Below the pieces are notes generated by a model. That model worked only from the letters and a program-made list of their open reading frames with translations. It was not told the origin of the DNA and did no database searches. This document shows, one piece after another, positions 50,033 to 59,427 of a DNA stretch of 64,000 nt. The DNA comes from Alphaproteobacteria bacterium (GTDB lineage Bacteria > Pseudomonadota > Alphaproteobacteria > UBA828): NCBI GenBank assembly GCA_963667785.2, contig CAXXMU010000006.1, positions 736,001 to 800,000 on the forward strand. The letters run 5' to 3'. The stretch's first letter is position 1. The number at the start of each line of letters is the position of its first letter. The position numbers were made by a program, and so were the translations under genes.

Positions 50033-52207
50033 CTAGTTCGCGGTCATGGACGCGTTCTCCCGTCCCCAGATCATGCGCTCGCGGAGGAAGGGCTGCGGCC
50101 GCCGCGGATTCTCCGATTCGAACTCCCGGGCGAGGCGGTGCGCGTCGAAGATGGCGTCGCCGGTCAGCCGCGGCGCGTAGCAGTCGCCGGCCTGGTAGAT
50201 GCCCGCGATCCCTTCGTCCTCCCACCTGTCGCGACGCTCCCAGAGCGACTTGTAGAGCTCGCTGTTCGCGAGCCGCGCCGTGACCAGGATCACGGTGTCG
50301 GCGTCGATGGTCTGGGTCTCCTCGCCCATCTTGCGCACGTGCTCGCCGGGCCGGGGCTCGACGGTGCGCCTGTAGCCGTCGCGTGAGAGGCTGAAGAGCT
50401 TCACCTTCACCACGTTGCCCGGATCGCACTCCTCCACCCACGTGCCGCCGTACTGGGCGATGCCCTTCTCGTGCAGCATGCGATGCAGGTTGGGCGCCTC
50501 CAGGGTGTACTCCATCAGCGGCGCGGCCTCGGAGAACTGGGTGACGATCGACACCTGCTTGCCCCGGTCGGCCAGCATCTCCGCCATGCTGACGCCGGTG
50601 AAGTACCCGTCGGCATCGAGGATGACGACGCGCTCGCCGACGTCCTTGCCCGCCATGACCTGTTCGGGCGTCGCGAAGTGGGGTGCCGTCGCATCGATCC
50701 CCGGAACCGGCGCCATCGTGATGTGGCTGAAGCCGTCCGCCGCCCAGCGGGAGCCCGTGCAGAGCACCACCTTGTCGGCGCCGTAGGTCAGCACGTCGTC
50801 CGATCCGAGGCGGGCGTTCGTGTGCACCTCGACGTTCCTGAGCTTGTCGAGCTGCGCCTGCCGGTAGCTGGTGATGCGGCCCCATTCCGCCATGCCCGGA
50901 TAGCGCATGACGTCGCGGACGTGCCCGCCGATCTCGGAGCCCGCCTCGCAGACATGCACGTCGTAGCCCCGGCCTCCCAGGACACGGGCGCACTCGGTCC
51001 CGGCAGGGCCCGCGCCGACGACGAGAACCGATCCCGCGTCCTCGACGTGATCGAACTTCTCCGGGTGCCAGCCGCGGCGATACTCCTCGTTGGCCACCGG
51101 GTTCTGCGTGCAGACCAGCGCCGTGCCCCGCTCCCATCGCGAGATGCAGATGTTGCAGCCGATGCACTCGCGGATGTCCTCGAGCCGTCCTTCCTCGATC
51201 TTCTGGGGCAGGAAGGGATCGGCGATCGAGGGGCGGGCGCCGCCGATGATGTCTGCCTGACCGGAGCTGATCACCTGCACCATGTCGTCCGGACTGGTGA
51301 AGCGCCCCACGTTGATCACCGGCACCTTGGCGACGCTCTTCACGTGCCTGGTGAACGGCGCCTGGTGGTTGACCTTGTAGAAGCGCGACGGGCCGGCGTC
51401 TTCGCCCCATTCGCTGAAGGTGGAGACGTTCACGTCCCAGAGATCCACCAGGCCGCGCCGGGTGGCGAGATCGATGAAGCCGATGCCGTCGTCTTCCGCC
51501 TGCACGCCGTCCGGCCCCATGATCTGGTCGATCGAGATGCGCACGGCGATCGCGCACTCGTGGCCGACGGCTCCCTTCACCTTCTCGATGGTCTCCAGCC
51601 AGAAGCGCGCGCGGTTCTCGAAGGACCCGCCGTACTTGTCGGTCCGCTTGTTGTAGAAGCGCGAGAGGAACTGCACCGGCAGGACGCCGTGCGAGCCGTA
51701 GACGTACACGATGTCGAAGCCGGCCTGCACGGCCCGCTTCGCGGATTCGACGTACATGTCCTGAAGCTCGACGATCTCGTCCTCGTCGGGCTCGTGCGAG
51801 TAGGTGCCGATCGACCAGTCCGAGGTCGATTGCGTGGGCGACGACGGCGCGGCCCGGGTCTCCAGGTTCGCCGACGCGGACCCCATGTGCCAGAGCTCGA
51901 CGCCGGCGAGCGCGTCCCACTTGTGCAGGCTGTCGCACATGTGCCGCAGATTGATGATGTCGCCGTCGTCCCAGAGACAGGCCAGCACGCCCGGCGAGGT
52001 GTCGGCCTCATGGTCGATCGAGCACGCCTCCGTGCAGACGCCGCCCCAGCCGCCCTCGGCCTTCATGCCCCGAAACGCGGCTTGCGTACCCGGCCGCTCC
52101 GAACCCGCGCCGTTGCAGTGCGGCACCTGGTAGAAGCGGTTCTTCATCGTCTTCGGGCCGAACCGGATGGGCTCGAAGAGGATGTCGTACTTGGGGTCTC
52201 GCGCCAT
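50033..52207 (-). CDS. Trimethylamine/dimethylamine dehydrogenase-like iron-sulfur flavoprotein
   Basis: MARDPKYDILFEPI, NRFYQVPHC, YVYGSH, EWGEDAGPSRFY, CIGCNICISRWE. Confidence 0.9.
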   Translation of the reverse strand: MARDPKYDILFEPIRFGPKTMKNRFYQVPHCNGAGSERPGTQAAFRGMKAEGGWGGVCTEACSIDHEADTSPGVLACLWDDGDIINLRHMCDSLHKWDALAGVELWHMGSASANLETRAAPSSPTQSTSDWSIGTYSHEPDEDEIVELQDMYVESAKRAVQAGFDIVYVYGSHGVLPVQFLSRFYNKRTDKYGGSFENRARFWLETIEKVKGAVGHECAIAVRISIDQIMGPDGVQAEDDGIGFIDLATRRGLVDLWDVNVSTFSEWGEDAGPSRFYKVNHQAPFTRHVKSVAKVPVINVGRFTSPDDMVQVISSGQADIIGGARPSIADPFLPQKIEEGRLEDIRECIGCNICISRWERGTALVCTQNPVANEEYRRGWHPEKFDHVEDAGSVLVVGAGPAGTECARVLGGRGYDVHVCEAGSEIGGHVRDVMRYPGMAEWGRITSYRQAQLDKLRNVEVHTNARLGSDDVLTYGADKVVLCTGSRWAADGFSHITMAPVPGIDATAPHFATPEQVMAGKDVGERVVILDADGYFTGVSMAEMLADRGKQVSIVTQFSEAAPLMEYTLEAPNLHRMLHEKGIAQYGGTWVEECDPGNVVKVKLFSLSRDGYRRTVEPRPGEHVRKMGEETQTIDADTVILVTARLANSELYKSLWERRDRWEDEGIAGIYQAGDCYAPRLTGDAIFDAHRLAREFESENPRRPQPFLRERMIWGRENASMTAN

Positions 52208-52366
52208 GCGTGCACTCCCTCACTGACCGGACCAAGGCATGCGTCCTGCTCGGCAACTCAGCAGCTTAGGTGGCTTCGAATCGGCAGGCAAGCACGTGCT
52301 AGCTCAGCCCCGCGCGACGCCAGGTTCGCGCTCCGCCGCCGCACGCGGCGCAGGGGCCGCCGTCCG

Positions 52367-52672
52367 TCAGAAGTAGAAAAGCTGCTCCTGCGTGACGCCC
52401 TCTTCCCCGAAACTGATCAAGCCGGCGCCGACGACGTCTCCGACCTGCCACTTGCACCATGCGGTGCCGCCCTCGACCACCACATCGGTGATGTCCATCC
52501 TGTCGCCGATCTTTCTCAACTCGGCGATATAGCCCGGCAGGTCGTTCTTTCCGTAGACGGCGCCGTCCTTGTCCAGAAGCCTGTAGTCGTCAGTCACGTT
52601 TGCGGCGATTTCTGCAGCGTCCAGGCCGCTGAAGCCGCCGGCATATCCACCCAACTTGTCCGCTGCCGACAT
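52367..52672 (-). CDS. Small SnoaL/NTF2-like protein
   Basis: DVVVEGGTAWCKW pattern; SD GGAG; lies in line between the PhyH and dehydrogenase genes. Confidence 0.6.
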   Translation of the reverse strand: MSAADKLGGYAGGFSGLDAAEIAANVTDDYRLLDKDGAVYGKNDLPGYIAELRKIGDRMDITDVVVEGGTAWCKWQVGDVVGAGLISFGEEGVTQEQLFYF

Positions 52673-52790
52673 GTCACTCTTCTCCAGCACGTGTTGTGGT
52701 CATGCGAGATAACCGGTCCCTTCTGTTGTCGCGCAACGGCCGTTGCCGCACAAGCGCGGCCTCTCCGGGTTCCCGGCCGTAAATCGTCGT

Positions 52791-53660
52791 TCAGGCGTGC
52801 GCGCCATTCAGGAACGTGTCGATATCGGGGGTGCGATAACCGTCGCGGGTCCACAGCACCGGAAAGTAGTTCTCGTCGATGGTGTTGTCGCCGAGGCGCT
52901 TGTAGCGGCTGTAGATCGAGCCGACACCCTGACCCAGGCGGTCGGGAACGTAGCGCGTGTCGCTTCGCATGGCGTGCAGCACGAGAGAGCGACGGGGGAC
53001 CGCCGCGGTGTTGTCGCCCGAGCCGTGCCAGGTCCATCCGTGGTGGAAGGAGCCCCCGCCCCTAGGAACCTCCACGTGGACGATTTCCGGCTCGACCCCC
53101 TCCCTGGCCGCGGCCAGCTCCATGTACTTGCGGTAGTCCTTGGGGCCGTGGAACTCGCCTTCGGGGAGCGAGTGGCGCCAGCGGTGCGAGCCGCGCACGA
53201 ATTCGAGCGTGCCTGCATCGGCCCTGGTGTCGTCGAGCGCCATCCAGCAGCTCAGCAGCTCGGTCGGCTGGAACCAGTGCAGGTAGGCGTTGTCCTGGTG
53301 GAGCGCCAGCGGCCGTGTGCCGGGCGGCTTCCACAGCACGTTGTCCACCATCAGTCGCGCGCCCGGCCAGCCGCCGAGCGTGGCGATCGCCCTGCCCAGG
53401 TCGGCTCGCATGACCACCGACGCGATCGTCCGATCGGCCTTCCATGCGTTGCAGATCTGCCGGGTGAGCGATGGATCGCTCTCGCCTTCCTGCCAGTTGA
53501 CCTCGTCCGGCAGGACTCCGGTTTCGAATTCGCCGCGAAAGAGCCTCTCGTAGCGCGCGCTCACCGCCTCGACCGTCTCGTCATCGATCAGCCTGTCGAC
53601 GACCAGAAAGCCGTCTTCGTTGAACCGGTCGATCTGTGCGGGCGTGAGCTCGAATGCCAT
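52791..53660 (-). CDS. PhyH-family 2OG-Fe(II) dioxygenase
   Basis: FNEDGFL, LHQD, WMALDD..GTLEFVRGSH, WHGSGDN..RRS. Confidence 0.88.
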   Translation of the reverse strand: MAFELTPAQIDRFNEDGFLVVDRLIDDETVEAVSARYERLFRGEFETGVLPDEVNWQEGESDPSLTRQICNAWKADRTIASVVMRADLGRAIATLGGWPGARLMVDNVLWKPPGTRPLALHQDNAYLHWFQPTELLSCWMALDDTRADAGTLEFVRGSHRWRHSLPEGEFHGPKDYRKYMELAAAREGVEPEIVHVEVPRGGGSFHHGWTWHGSGDNTAAVPRRSLVLHAMRSDTRYVPDRLGQGVGSIYSRYKRLGDNTIDENYFPVLWTRDGYRTPDIDTFLNGAHA

Positions 53661-53681
53661 CTGCGCGCCTCCTGCGCCCCG

Positions 53682-55148
53682 TCAGGGCAGGCAGTCCAGG
53701 TACATGTTCACATCCCAGTCGGAGACTTGCCAGATGAACTTGTTCCACTCGTCGCGCTTGTAGACGTCGTAGACCCGGTAGAGGTCGCCGGGGAGGGCGG
53801 ACCTGATCACCGCGTCGTCGGCCAGCGCGTCGAGCGCGTCGCGCAGGGTGGTGGGAATCCGCTCGATGGCTTCGCCTGCGTTGAGCAGGTCGACGAAGTT
53901 GCGGTCCTCGGGCTCCCCCGGATCGATTCGGTTCCTGATGCCGTCGTCGATGGCCTTCAGCAGCGCCGCCTGCATCAGGTAGGGATTGACCATGCTGTCC
54001 ACGCAGCGGAACTCCAGCCGGTCCGGGCTCGAGACGCGAATGGCGCAGGACCTGTTCTGCAGTCCCCAGCCTGCGCCGACCGGCGCCCACAGGCCCGTGT
54101 CGTTCAGCCGCCGGTAGGAGTTCACCGTGGACGAGCCGATGGCCACCAGCGCGTTGATGTGCGCGAGCATGCCGCCCAGCGCGTGGCGGCCGAGCTCCGA
54201 CGGCATCCAGGCGTGGTCCGGGTTGTCGATCTCGTTGGTGCCGCCTCTGCGGTAGGTGAAGACCTCGTCCATCGCCGGCTGGCCGTGGCGGCCGATCGCC
54301 TCGACCGCATCCTCGCCGCCCCGCCATAGCGAGAGGTTGTGGTGGCAGCCGTTGCCCGACAGGCTCATGTAGGGCTTGGACATGAACACCGCGATCAGCC
54401 CGCACTCGCGCGCCACCTGCGCGCAGAGCTGGCGGTAGCTGGTCAGGCGGTCGCTGGTGCGAAGCGCGTCGTCGTACTGAAAATTCATCTCGACCATGCC
54501 GGGGGCGTCCTCGTGATCCGCCTGGATCATGTCGAGGCCCATCGCCGTCCCGTACTCGTAGAGCTTCAGCCAGACCTCCTGGAGCTGCTCGAACTGATCG
54601 ATGTGGTAGGCGTAGGGCTTGGTCGTCTCGAGATAGGGCTTCTCGCCGTCGCCCGGCTTCAGCCACAGCATCTCGGGCTCGCAGCCGACACGCATGTGCA
54701 GGCCGTCATGATCCTGCCGGAACGCGTCGTGGACGCGCCGCAGGTTTCCCCGTGAATCCGAGTCGAGATACTCCTCGGGACGCTCCGGATCCTCCCGGCT
54801 GAAAAACACCGTGCAGAAGACCCTGGCGACGCGCTTGTTCCAGGGAAGCTGGCAGAAGGTCTCGGGGTCCGGGAGGGCGAGAAGCTCGGACGCGTTGGCG
54901 GGAAACCCGATCAGCTCGCCGTCCCTGTCGGCGACGACGTTGGTGATGCCGCCGATCCAGGTCTGCATCCCCTCCCGGGCCGCACGCTCCCAGTGCTTGG
55001 CCGGGATCATCTTGCCCATGATGCGGCCGGTGATCGAAATATACTGGTAGTAGATGGCGTCGATCTTGAGCGCGTCGATCTTCTTGCGAACCTCCGCAAC
55101 CAGCACGTCGCGGGCCGGATCGTTCAAGTAGTCCTGCAGGTCGCTCAT
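53682..55148 (-). CDS. Glutamine-synthetase-like gamma-glutamyl-amine ligase
   Basis: GCEPE, HEDAPGMVE, FMSKP..GNGCHHNLS, NSYRRL, NRSCAIR, EFRCVDSMVNPYL. Confidence 0.88.
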   Translation of the reverse strand: MSDLQDYLNDPARDVLVAEVRKKIDALKIDAIYYQYISITGRIMGKMIPAKHWERAAREGMQTWIGGITNVVADRDGELIGFPANASELLALPDPETFCQLPWNKRVARVFCTVFFSREDPERPEEYLDSDSRGNLRRVHDAFRQDHDGLHMRVGCEPEMLWLKPGDGEKPYLETTKPYAYHIDQFEQLQEVWLKLYEYGTAMGLDMIQADHEDAPGMVEMNFQYDDALRTSDRLTSYRQLCAQVARECGLIAVFMSKPYMSLSGNGCHHNLSLWRGGEDAVEAIGRHGQPAMDEVFTYRRGGTNEIDNPDHAWMPSELGRHALGGMLAHINALVAIGSSTVNSYRRLNDTGLWAPVGAGWGLQNRSCAIRVSSPDRLEFRCVDSMVNPYLMQAALLKAIDDGIRNRIDPGEPEDRNFVDLLNAGEAIERIPTTLRDALDALADDAVIRSALPGDLYRVYDVYKRDEWNKFIWQVSDWDVNMYLDCLP

Positions 55149-55162
55149 CGTCGTTGCGAGCC

Positions 55163-56524
55163 CTAGACGACTTCGAGGTATCTGGCGCGCTCGGCGGCGC
55201 TGGTCTCGCGGCGCAGCGCGGCCTCCTCCTGGCGGCACGCTTCGACGAGATGCTGCACGAACGTCTCTCCCCAGATTTCGCCCGCGCGATCGGAGCGGGC
55301 GAGTCGGTCCGTGGCTTCGAAGAGGTCGTGGGGCAGCGCCGCGCCCCCAGCGACCGTAAGACCCGGCCCCCCGCCGGTCAATTCGGGTGGGAGCTCGGCG
55401 TCCGACTCGAGGCCCCAGAGCCCCGCGCCCAGCACGAACGCAAGGGCCATGAAGGGATTGATGTCGGAGCCGGGCAACCGGTACTCGAGCCGGCATCGCT
55501 CCGCCGGCTCGGGCACCACGCGGACCGCGGCGGCATAGTTCTGCACGGCCCAGGACGCCGTCTTCGGCGCCCAGTTCTGCGGCGCGTGGCGGCGGTAGGC
55601 GTTGGCGGTGTGGTGGGTCAGCGGCATCGCTTCGGGCGCGAGCGCGACCAGCCCCGCCACGAAGGAGCGGAAGGTGCGGCTCATGCCTTTCTCGTCGGCC
55701 GGATCGGGGAACAGGTCTTCGCCCGTTTCACGCTCGGTCAGCGACAGGTGGATGTGGCCCGACAAGCCCGGAGACTCGCCGCCGAGCTGCGCCATGAACG
55801 ACGCCGTCTTGCCCTGCCGCCGGCAATACGCCTTCGTCAGGAGCTTGAAGAACGCTGCGCTGTCGGCGGCGCGCAGCGGGTCGCCGTGACCGAGAGTGGC
55901 TTCGAAGCATCCCGGTCCGAGCTCGAGGCCGAGCGCCAGCACGTCGATGTCGCCCTCGACGAGAACCCGCTCCAGGCTCGCCACGAAATCCGCGTACGTC
56001 GCCGCGCTCTCCCCGGCCCAGCAGCGGTTGTCCTTGGCGAACATGTCGAGGGCCTGAAATCCCGAGTCTCTCAGGGTGTCGGCATCGTCGTCGAGCACCA
56101 GGAACTCGAACTCGAAGGCGGCCCGCACTCCCAGGCCCCGGTCGCGGGCCTTCGCCACCAATCGTTGCAGCAGCCGCCTCGGCGAGATTTCGGCGGAGGG
56201 GCCGATGTAGTCGGCGACGAGGGCGCAGGCGTTGGGCTCGAAGGGATACGGGCGGAGCGACGCAGGATCGATCGCGATCGGCTCGCCGACGAACGGGCCG
56301 GCACCGAAGACCCGCTCCCCGGTGTCCCATTCGTACACGACGTTGACGAATGTTCCGCCCGGTCCGAACAGCTCCGCGAGGTCGGCGACCCCGACGCGGC
56401 GCTCGCGGAAGGTGGCATTCAAGTCGAATATGCCGACGTGGGCGACGTCGCAGGAGTCGTCCCCCAACTTCCTTACCAGAGCGGTCAAGTCTTGAACTTC
56501 GAGGCCGGCAGCCTCACGCGCCAT
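55163..56524 (-). CDS. Glutamine-synthetase-like protein (divergent)
   Basis: FEFEF, ELGPGCFE, SGHIHLSL, NAYRR, LEYRLPGSDINPF. Confidence 0.85.
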   Translation of the reverse strand: MAREAAGLEVQDLTALVRKLGDDSCDVAHVGIFDLNATFRERRVGVADLAELFGPGGTFVNVVYEWDTGERVFGAGPFVGEPIAIDPASLRPYPFEPNACALVADYIGPSAEISPRRLLQRLVAKARDRGLGVRAAFEFEFLVLDDDADTLRDSGFQALDMFAKDNRCWAGESAATYADFVASLERVLVEGDIDVLALGLELGPGCFEATLGHGDPLRAADSAAFFKLLTKAYCRRQGKTASFMAQLGGESPGLSGHIHLSLTERETGEDLFPDPADEKGMSRTFRSFVAGLVALAPEAMPLTHHTANAYRRHAPQNWAPKTASWAVQNYAAAVRVVPEPAERCRLEYRLPGSDINPFMALAFVLGAGLWGLESDAELPPELTGGGPGLTVAGGAALPHDLFEATDRLARSDRAGEIWGETFVQHLVEACRQEEAALRRETSAAERARYLEVV

Positions 56525-56769
56525 GGTCGTTTTCTCCTCCTACCGGTCGCCAATCGGGTCACACATGCTCTTATCGCGCGGTGCTTGCGTTCTCAGGCTG
56601 CAGCGCACGGACGATATCGAGTCCGACCGGCTCTCGCGGGGCCGGCCTCTGCGAATGTTAGTTGAGCGCCGCCGGCAAGGCCATTTCGGAAGTCACCGTT
56701 CGAGCGCGCGCGGATACGCGCGAGCGCGCGATGCGAGCGCCCGGCGCCTGAGGGATACGCAGGCCTCGG

Positions 56770-58260
56770 CTACTTGTCGATGTCGCCCATGCACATGTAC
56801 TTGACCTCGAGGAACTCCTCGAGGCCGTAGTGCGAGCCCTCGCGGCCGATGCCGGATTCCTTCATGCCGCCGAAGGGCGCCACCTCGGTGGAGATGATTC
56901 CGGTGTTGATGCCGACGATGCCGTATTCGAGCTGCTCCGCCACCCGCCAGATGCGCCCGATGTCGCGGCTGTAGAAGTAGGCCGCGAGGCCGAACTCGGT
57001 GTCGTTGGCGAGCTGCACCGCCTCCTCGTCGGTCTCGAAGCGGAAGATCGGCGCGAGCGGGCCGAAGGTCTCCTCGCGGGCGACCTTCATCTGGGTGTTC
57101 ACGTTGGCGATCACGGTCGGCTCGAAGAAGTTGCCGCCGAGCGGGTGGCGCTTGCCGCCCTGGATCACCTCGGCCCCCTTGTCGACGGCGTCCTGGATAT
57201 GCTCCTCGACCTTGGCGACGGCGTCCGCGTCGATCAGCGGCCCCTGCTGGGTCTCGCCCTCGAGGCCGGGGCCGACGACCAGCTTCGACGAGGCCTCGGC
57301 CAGCCTCTCGGCGAAGGTGTCGTAGACGCCGCCCTGCACCAGGAAGCGGTTGGCGCAGACGCAGGTCTGGCCGGTGTTGCGGTACTTCGACTGGATCGCA
57401 CCGCTGATGGCGGAGTCCATGTCGGCATCGTCGAAGACGATGAAGGGCGCGTTGCCGCCGAGCTCCATCGAGACCTTCTTGACCGTGTGCGCGCACTGCT
57501 CGAGCAGCACCTTGCCGACCTCGGTCGAGCCGGTGAAGGAGAGCTTGCGCACGATGGGGTTGGCGGTCATCTCGCCGCCGACGTCGCCGGAGGGCCCCGT
57601 GATCACGTTGAAGACGCCGGCCGGGATGCCCGCCCGCTCGCCGAGCTCGCAGAGCGCGAGCGCGGAGAAGGGCGTCGCCGTCGCCGGCCGCGCGATCACG
57701 GTGCAGCCGGCGGCGAGCGCAGGCCCCGCCTTGCGCGTGATCATGGCATTGGGAAAGTTCCACGGCGTGATCATGCCGACGACGCCCACCGGCTCCTTCG
57801 TCACCACGATGCGGCGGTCGCTGAGATGCTGCGGGATCACGTCGCCATAGGCGCGCTTGCCCTCCTCGGCGAACCACTCGATGAAGGAGCCGCCATAGCC
57901 GATCTCGCCCCGCGATTCCGCCATCGGCTTGCCCTGCTCGGCGGTCATGATGATGGCGAGGTCCTCCTGGTTCGCCATCATCAGGTCGTACCACTTGCGG
58001 AGGATGGCCGCGCGCTCCTTGGCGGTCTTCGCGCGCCAGGCGGGGAAGGCCCGGTTCGCCGCCTCGATGGCGGCGCGGGTCTCGGCGGCGGAGAACGCCG
58101 GCACCGTGCCGATCACCTGGCCGTCCGCCGGGTTGACCACGTCCGTGGTGCGGCCCGACTTCGCATCGAGCCAGCGGCCGTCGACATAGCATTGCTGGCG
58201 GAAGAGCGACGGATCCTGGAGGAAGACGCCCTTCACGATCTCGGCGGCAGCGGTGGACAT
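56770..58260 (-). CDS. gabD: NAD(P)-dependent succinate-semialdehyde dehydrogenase
   Basis: ITPWNFPNAMITRK, FTGSTEVG, MELGGNAPF, RNTGQTCVC, EETFGP, PFGGMKESGIGREGS. Confidence 0.9.
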   Translation of the reverse strand: MSTAAAEIVKGVFLQDPSLFRQQCYVDGRWLDAKSGRTTDVVNPADGQVIGTVPAFSAAETRAAIEAANRAFPAWRAKTAKERAAILRKWYDLMMANQEDLAIIMTAEQGKPMAESRGEIGYGGSFIEWFAEEGKRAYGDVIPQHLSDRRIVVTKEPVGVVGMITPWNFPNAMITRKAGPALAAGCTVIARPATATPFSALALCELGERAGIPAGVFNVITGPSGDVGGEMTANPIVRKLSFTGSTEVGKVLLEQCAHTVKKVSMELGGNAPFIVFDDADMDSAISGAIQSKYRNTGQTCVCANRFLVQGGVYDTFAERLAEASSKLVVGPGLEGETQQGPLIDADAVAKVEEHIQDAVDKGAEVIQGGKRHPLGGNFFEPTVIANVNTQMKVAREETFGPLAPIFRFETDEEAVQLANDTEFGLAAYFYSRDIGRIWRVAEQLEYGIVGINTGIISTEVAPFGGMKESGIGREGSHYGLEEFLEVKYMCMGDIDK

Positions 58261-58410
58261 GGTGCGGTCTCCCATCGTGTGCGGATGTGCGCGGATATGC
58301 GTGCGGCGCGCGCCGGGCCAACTCGCCCGCCGGCCCAAGGCAGTATCGCCGATGGGGCGCCGGGCCCGCAAGGCGTGCCCCGCCGGGAGCCCGGCGCCGG
58401 CCCCGCCGCC

Positions 58411-58437
58411 GTGACCCCGGCACGCATTCCGGGCTAG
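58411..58437. repeat. Diverged family A' terminal repeat abutting the full element at a shared CTAG
   Basis: GTGACCCCGGCACGCATTCCGGGCTAG resembles the reverse complement of 60334-60360 (GTGACCCCGGCGAGACATCCGGGCTAA). Confidence 0.55.
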
Positions 58438-58704
58438 CCCGCATTTCTCACCACGGTCATGGTCTGCGCGGCGCCGTCCGGCCGACAGGGTAGGAGAAGC
58501 GCGCAGCGCGATGCGGGGACATCGGGCAAGCGCTTCGACGCACACTGTCGGCCGGAGAGCGTCGCCCTTCGGGTCGCGCCCAGGCGCCCGCACGCGTCGT
58601 CGCGGGCCTCAACCGTATTCCCCGATACGCTTTTCGCCCCGCTCCTGGCGGATCGAACGCCTGGACGCGACGCAGGTCGTGACCATGGTGAGAAATGCGG
58701 GCTA
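58435..58704. mobile_element. Family A MITE-like structured element, full copy 2 (270 bp)
   Basis: TA at both ends, 34-bp inverted termini, colinear with 17970-18266. Confidence 0.87.
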
Positions 58705-58713
58705 AGGTGCGGC

Positions 58714-59427
58714 ATGGACGAACGGGGAGCGGCGCGGTGCGGGTGCCCGGACCGCCGGGCCTTCTGCACGGCCGGCGCGGCGGCAATTCTCGGCCTCGCC
58801 GCAGGCCCAGCCGCGGCCGCAACCTATCGGGAGGACAAGAGCCGGCGCGTACCGATCCGCGACCTGTGGTCGGGGGAGAGCCGCGACCTGGTCTACTGGC
58901 GCGACGGCGCCTACGACCGGCACGCGCTCGAGGCCTACAGCTACCTGCTGCGCGACCGGCGGAATGGCGAAGTCGCGCCGGTCTTCTACGGCCTGCTCGA
59001 CCAGCTCTTCTTCCTCTGGAAGGCGCTGGAGCGGCCCAGCCGCATCGACCTCGTCTCCGGCTACCGCTCGAGCCGCACCAACGCCTACCTCCGCGCCACC
59101 ACGGAAGGCGTCGCGCGCAACTCGCTGCACACCATCGGCATGGCGGCGGACATCAGGGTGCCCGGCATCGCGTCGGAGGCCGTCTGGCGCCGGGCGGTCG
59201 CGCTGAGAATGGGCGGCGCCGGCCTCTATCGCGCTTCCGACTTCGTCCACCTCGACGTGGGACCGGTGCGGAGCTGGGTCTTCGGCGAGCGCGCACCGGT
59301 CCGCTCGCAGGCCTCGGGCGACGTGGCGCTGCCGCCCCGGCGTCCCGACCGGCCCGGCGCGGCGGCCTCAGGAGAGGTGCTGCTCCCGCCGGAGCGTCCC
59401 GATCATCTCCGCCGTCATGGCGGCTAG
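58714..59427 (+). CDS. YcbK/DUF882 (peptidase M15-like, MepK-like) Tat-exported protein
   Basis: RRAF signal, LLRDRR, SGYRS..TN, SLH..GMAADI, GGAGLY..SDFVHLDVGPVRSW. Confidence 0.85.
   Translation: MDERGAARCGCPDRRAFCTAGAAAILGLAAGPAAAATYREDKSRRVPIRDLWSGESRDLVYWRDGAYDRHALEAYSYLLRDRRNGEVAPVFYGLLDQLFFLWKALERPSRIDLVSGYRSSRTNAYLRATTEGVARNSLHTIGMAADIRVPGIASEAVWRRAVALRMGGAGLYRASDFVHLDVGPVRSWVFGERAPVRSQASGDVALPPRRPDRPGAAASGEVLLPPERPDHLRRHGG

Noticed and set aside
31557-52207. Pyrrolysine or selenocysteine recoding, given methylamine-type genes and many TAG stops
   Set aside because: TAG and TGA stops fall at expected protein ends; no split methyltransferase, pyl or sel genes.
56700-56750. GC-rich palindrome resembling the extra hairpin of family A copy 1
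   Set aside because: Similarity rests on low-complexity CG repeats; cannot be assigned.
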